From an uncultured delta proteobacterium (GTDB taxonomy: Bacteria; Desulfobacterota; Desulfobacteria; Desulfobacterales; UBA5852), in contig CAWKLN010000042.1 of NCBI GenBank assembly GCA_963850465.1, forward strand, positions 45,856 to 109,855: DNA of 64,000 nucleotides, read 5' to 3'. Below, piece after piece: positions 60,394-64,000 of the stretch (positions are counted from its first letter, which is position 1; every line of letters begins with the position of its first letter). Both the position numbers and the translations under genes were made by a program. The notes under the pieces were generated by a model. It had not been told where the DNA came from. It saw only the letters and a list, made by a program, of their open reading frames with translations, and ran no database searches.

Positions 60394-60504
60394 AACGACC
60401 AATATCGGTGTTGTGCGGCGTTCCTCGTCGCTGCGGCGTACCTGGTGTACGCCTCCTCCTCAGACCTTGCACGCCTTGATCTTGGCCGTTTTACGACGTC
60501 GTCT
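60380..60504. mobile_element. MITE/REP-like palindromic element, copy 3
   Basis: Terminal IR AGACGACTCCGTAAAACGACCAATATC / GATCTTGGCCGTTTTACGACGTCGTCT; same core as copies 1-2; contains the VWA stop codon (60391-60393). Confidence 0.75.
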
Positions 60505-60622
60505 GAGTGTGTGTTTCCTTATGGGTTAGCTTTTTGTCAGGACACGGCGCACCGTGTCCCGACAGGCTTATGACGGCGGCGTCGCACGATGGATAGACCA
60601 GTTCGGTGGCGGTTCTCTTTCG

Positions 60623-61414
60623 TCAGGATAGTGGCTGCTTCAGTCCATACAGGTTGCAGGTATTCTGCCAGGTGATTTCGGCCATGGCCGTCGGGTCGGT
60701 TTGCCGGATTTCAGCCACCTTGAGCAGGACGGATTTGACAAAGGCCGGCTCGTTGCGCCGCGCTTGGTTGCGTTCCGGGGCGGGTGTGAGGTAGGGCGCA
60801 TCCGTCTCCACCAGGAGGCGGTCATCCGGTATCAGGGGCACCAGATCCCGCAAGGCCTGGCCGCGCTGTTGCATGGTGACGATGCCCGTGATGCCGATGT
60901 GCAGCCCTAAATCAAGATACGCAAGCATTTCCCGGCGGTTGCCGCTGAAACAATGCACAACGCCCCGCCGGGAAGCCGTGCCGGAGGCCTTCAGCATTTC
61001 AAGGAAACGCCCGTTGCTGTCGCGTTCGTGAAAAATCAGGGGCAGGTCCAGCCGGGCGGCGATCTCCAGCTGACGTTCGAACCACTTTACCTGCACATCG
61101 CGGGGTGAATACATGCGGTTGAAATCCAGGCCGGTCTCCCCCCAGGCGCAGACCTTGCCGTGTTTCGCGAGGTCGACCAACTCCTCTAAAACCGCTTCCG
61201 AGCAGTGTGCCGCGTCGTGGGGGTGGATGCCGACGGAGGCATAGACGCCGGGGTGGGTTTCGGCCAGCTGGATCGCCTTGCGCGCCGTCTGGGGGTTGAT
61301 CCCCACCACCATGAATCCCATGACACCGGCCTCCCGGGATCGTTCCAGCACCGCTTCCCGGTCGGGCTGGTAGCTTTTGTCGTCCAGATGGCAGTGGCTG
61401 TCGAACAGTCGCAT
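60623..61414 (-). CDS. tatD: TatD-family hydrolase
   Basis: DSHCHLD, GIHPH, GETGLD, HCFSG, VETDAPY, RNEP. Confidence 0.93.
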   Translation of the reverse strand: MRLFDSHCHLDDKSYQPDREAVLERSREAGVMGFMVVGINPQTARKAIQLAETHPGVYASVGIHPHDAAHCSEAVLEELVDLAKHGKVCAWGETGLDFNRMYSPRDVQVKWFERQLEIAARLDLPLIFHERDSNGRFLEMLKASGTASRRGVVHCFSGNRREMLAYLDLGLHIGITGIVTMQQRGQALRDLVPLIPDDRLLVETDAPYLTPAPERNQARRNEPAFVKSVLLKVAEIRQTDPTAMAEITWQNTCNLYGLKQPLS

Positions 61415-61650
61415 CTTGTTTTTCCTCGTTCTTTTCCGTTAAAGGTCCATGCCCCATAGCATTGCCGGTGGGGCGTGTGCAAGGGAGGGCCTTGCCGGGT
61501 AATATTGGGGTTGCCAACCAGGTCGTCAAGCGTTATTGTGACCCCCTTTTTTGAGTCATGCGGCGCCTGGCGGTCGACAGGGTGAGCCAACGGCCATCCC
61601 GTGTTCTGCCTCTGCCTGTTCGGGTGAAAGGTGTTAAACCCGTTCTTGTG

Positions 61651-61668
61651 ATGTTAGTGATTTAACAA
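61651..61668. promoter_or_regulatory. Rex-like 18-bp palindrome upstream of nfnA
   Basis: ATGTTAGTGATTTAACAA, 16/18 identical to 26576-26593. Confidence 0.55.
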
Positions 61669-61710
61669 TCACCCGCGATCGGGTGCTGAATACACGATGT
61701 GGAGGTCACC

Positions 61711-62541
61711 ATGTTCAAGATCGTCAAACGGGAAGAAATGTCGGAAGGCAACGTCGTTCTCAATGAAATCGAAGCGCCTTTGATTGCACGGAAAGCCCGT
61801 CCGGGCCAGTTCGTCATCATCAAGGCCACGGAGGACGGTGAGCGCATCCCACTGACCATGGCCGAGACGGATCCTGAGAGGGGCACCATTACCATCATCT
61901 ACATGGTCGTGGGCAAATCCACGGCGCTTTTTAAAACCTTGCAGGTTGGTGATGGGTACCAGGACGTCATCGGTCCTCTGGGCAAACCGACCCATCTGGA
62001 AAAAGTGGGCACGGTGGTGTGCGTCGGCGGGGGGACCGGAGTGGCCGTTCTGCATCCGATTACCCGGGCCCTGAAAGACGTCGGCAACCGCGTCATCTGC
62101 ATTATCGGCGCGCGCTCCAAAGATCTGCTGATTCTTGAAGATAAAATGAAAGCGGCCTCCCACGAGCTGCACGTCTGCACCGATGACGGCTCCTATGGTC
62201 ACCACGGGTTTGTAACGGAGGTCCTGAAAGAGGTGCTGGAAAAGGAAGACATCAAGCTGGCCGTTGCCATCGGCCCGGTCCCCATGATGAAGTTTGTTTC
62301 TTTGATCACCAAGGAAAAGGACGTCAAGACCATCGTGAGCCTGAACCCAATTATGGTGGACGGTACCGGCATGTGCGGCGGCTGCCGGGTCAGCATTGGC
62401 GGCAAGAATAAATTCGCCTGCGTCGACGGACCGGAATTCGACGGCCATCAGGTGGATTACGACGAACTCATGCTGCGCCTGCAGGCTTACTGCGAGGATG
62501 AAAAGGCCTGCCACGACGGTTTCTGTAAAATACGATCCTGA
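61711..62541 (+). CDS. nfnA: Electron-bifurcating transhydrogenase small subunit NfnA (SudB-like)
   Basis: PGQFVII, GERIPLT, GGGTG, TDDGS, MVDGTGMCGGCR...CVDGPEF (Asp/Cys 2Fe-2S motif). Confidence 0.9.
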   Translation: MFKIVKREEMSEGNVVLNEIEAPLIARKARPGQFVIIKATEDGERIPLTMAETDPERGTITIIYMVVGKSTALFKTLQVGDGYQDVIGPLGKPTHLEKVGTVVCVGGGTGVAVLHPITRALKDVGNRVICIIGARSKDLLILEDKMKAASHELHVCTDDGSYGHHGFVTEVLKEVLEKEDIKLAVAIGPVPMMKFVSLITKEKDVKTIVSLNPIMVDGTGMCGGCRVSIGGKNKFACVDGPEFDGHQVDYDELMLRLQAYCEDEKACHDGFCKIRS

Positions 62542-62604
62542 GAAAAAGACCCTTTCGGGGGCAAGCATGTGTTTGACTTATTCTGATATTGGAGGCGTTT
62601 TATC

Positions 62605-64000
62605 ATGTCGACCCAGCCAGAAAAACCGGCCAAGAAAAAGAGCACCCCGCGGGCCGAAATGCCCGAACAGGCACCGGAGGTCCGGCGCCGCAATTTTGAG
62701 GAAGTCCCCCTGGGGTACACCAAGGAAATGGCCATGCAGGAGGCTTCCCGCTGTCTGCAGTGCAAAAAACCGGCCTGTGTCGAGGGCTGTCCGGTGAGTG
62801 TGGACATCCCCGGCTTTATCAAACTGATCAAAGAGGGCGATTTCACCGGTTCTATCCGAAACTTGTGGACCAAGAACGCCCTGCCGGCCGTATGTGGGCG
62901 GGTGTGCCCCCAGGAAATCCAGTGTGAAGGCGTGTGCATCCTGGCCAAGAAGGGAGATCCGGTGGCGATCGGTAACCTGGAGCGGTTTGCCGCGGACTAC
63001 GAACGCGCCCACGGCACCGGCGCCCTGCCGCCCAAATCCGAACCGACCGGTAAAAAGGTGGCCGTGGTCGGCTCCGGTCCGTCGAGCCTGACCGTGGCCG
63101 GCGACCTGATCGTCAAGGGGCATGCCGTGACCGTGCTGGAAGCCTTTCACAAGCCCGGCGGCGTTTTGATCTACGGTATCCCTGAATTCCGGCTGCCCAA
63201 GGAAATCGTGGCGCAGGAGATTAATTTTCTGGAACGCCAGGGCGCCGAGGTCCAGTGCAATGCGGTGGTGGGCCGCACGGTGAGCATCGATGAGTTGTTC
63301 GAGGAGGGGTATGACGCCGTTTATCTGGGCGTCGGGGCCGGGTTGCCGCGCTTCCTGAATGTCCCGGGCGAAAACCTGATCGGCATCCTGTCCGCCAACG
63401 AGTACCTGACCCGGGCCAACCTGATGAAGGCCTATCTTTTCCCCAAAGTGGACACCCCCATTCCGCGCGGTAAAAATGTGGTGGTGCTGGGTGCCGGCAA
63501 CGTGGCCATGGATGCCGCCCGCACGGCCATGCGGCTGGGTGCCGACAGTGTCAAGATCGTGTACCGGCGGTCCCGTGAGGAAATGCCGGCCCGCACAGCG
63601 GAAATTCACCATGCCGAAGAGGAAGGCATCGAATTGTTCCTGCTGACCGCGCCGACCCGGTTTACGGGTAATGACAAGGGGCGTCTTACGGGCATGGAAT
63701 GTCTCCAGATGGAACTGGGCGAACCGGACGACTCCGGCCGGCGGCGCCCGGTGCCCAAGGAGGGCTCGGAATTCCAGATGGACTGCGATCTGGCCATCAT
63801 TGCGGTCGGCTCCGGGGCCAATCCGCTGCTGACCCAGTCGACGCCGGACCTGAAACTGAATCAATGGGGCTACATCATGGCGGACCCGGAAACCGGCAAG
63901 ACCAGCAAAAAAGGAGTCTGGGCCGGGGGCGACATCGTCACCGGTGCGGCCACCGTCATCCTGGCCATGGGCGCCGGAAGAAAAGCGGCCGATTCGATGC
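62605..64000 (+). CDS. nfnB: NfnB / GltD-like large subunit, truncated at the window end
   Basis: Not in the ORF track. Manual translation gives RRRNFEEVPLG...EASRCLQCKKPACVEGCPV, LPAVCGRVCPQE..CE, GSGPS, YGIPEFRLP, GAGNVAMD, YRR, GGDIVTGAATVILAMGAG. Confidence 0.9.
   Translation, partial: MSTQPEKPAKKKSTPRAEMPEQAPEVRRRNFEEVPLGYTKEMAMQEASRCLQCKKPACVEGCPVSVDIPGFIKLIKEGDFTGSIRNLWTKNALPAVCGRVCPQEIQCEGVCILAKKGDPVAIGNLERFAADYERAHGTGALPPKSEPTGKKVAVVGSGPSSLTVAGDLIVKGHAVTVLEAFHKPGGVLIYGIPEFRLPKEIVAQEINFLERQGAEVQCNAVVGRTVSIDELFEEGYDAVYLGVGAGLPRFLNVPGENLIGILSANEYLTRANLMKAYLFPKVDTPIPRGKNVVVLGAGNVAMDAARTAMRLGADSVKIVYRRSREEMPARTAEIHHAEEEGIELFLLTAPTRFTGNDKGRLTGMECLQMELGEPDDSGRRRPVPKEGSEFQMDCDLAIIAVGSGANPLLTQSTPDLKLNQWGYIMADPETGKTSKKGVWAGGDIVTGAATVILAMGAGRKAADSM

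Noticed and set aside
62605-64000. Glutamate synthase small subunit
   Set aside because: No gltB nearby and it is paired with an NfnA-type gene, which indicates NfnAB/Sud.

Overview
GC-rich chromosomal segment from an anaerobic Desulfobacterota-like bacterium (probably a sulfate reducer; inferred from gene content such as DVU0772-family, CooS, NfnAB and several sigma-54 activators). Left to right it holds: a NosL/ABC-permease block; menaquinone genes; cysE-cysK; a sigma-54 activator driving a decayed octaheme-cytochrome/cytochrome b unit; nifU-nifS; xth; a small CxxC-repeat protein with citrate synthase and a PerR-like regulator; a complete nqrABCDEF operon; FTR plus glutaredoxin; a standalone cooS; sfsA, mobB and tpx; a Mo-enzyme operon; a ~15 kb ColRS-like envelope-modification island; ssb and tatA; a core (MesB-like) methionine synthase with a MoxR-VWA pair; tatD; and nfnAB. 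No rRNA, tRNA, CRISPR array or transposase was seen. About ten genes carry single-base frameshifts that look like uncorrected long-read errors. Best leads: (1) the envelope island (3 LtaS-like enzymes, 2 InaA-type kinases lacking the catalytic Asp, methyltransferase, GT2, DedA, ArnT-like transferase, PTP) whose two outer promoters share a 39-bp OmpR-type operator; (2) an NqrA that keeps two RnfC-type 4Fe-4S motifs; (3) a MITE-like palindromic element in three copies, one of which split the nqrB/nqrC overlap with a target-site duplication; (4) a near-identical 18-bp Rex-like box in front of cooS and nfnAB; (5) an unannotated octaheme tetrathionate-reductase remnant. All protein assignments come from motif recognition by eye; no database search was run.
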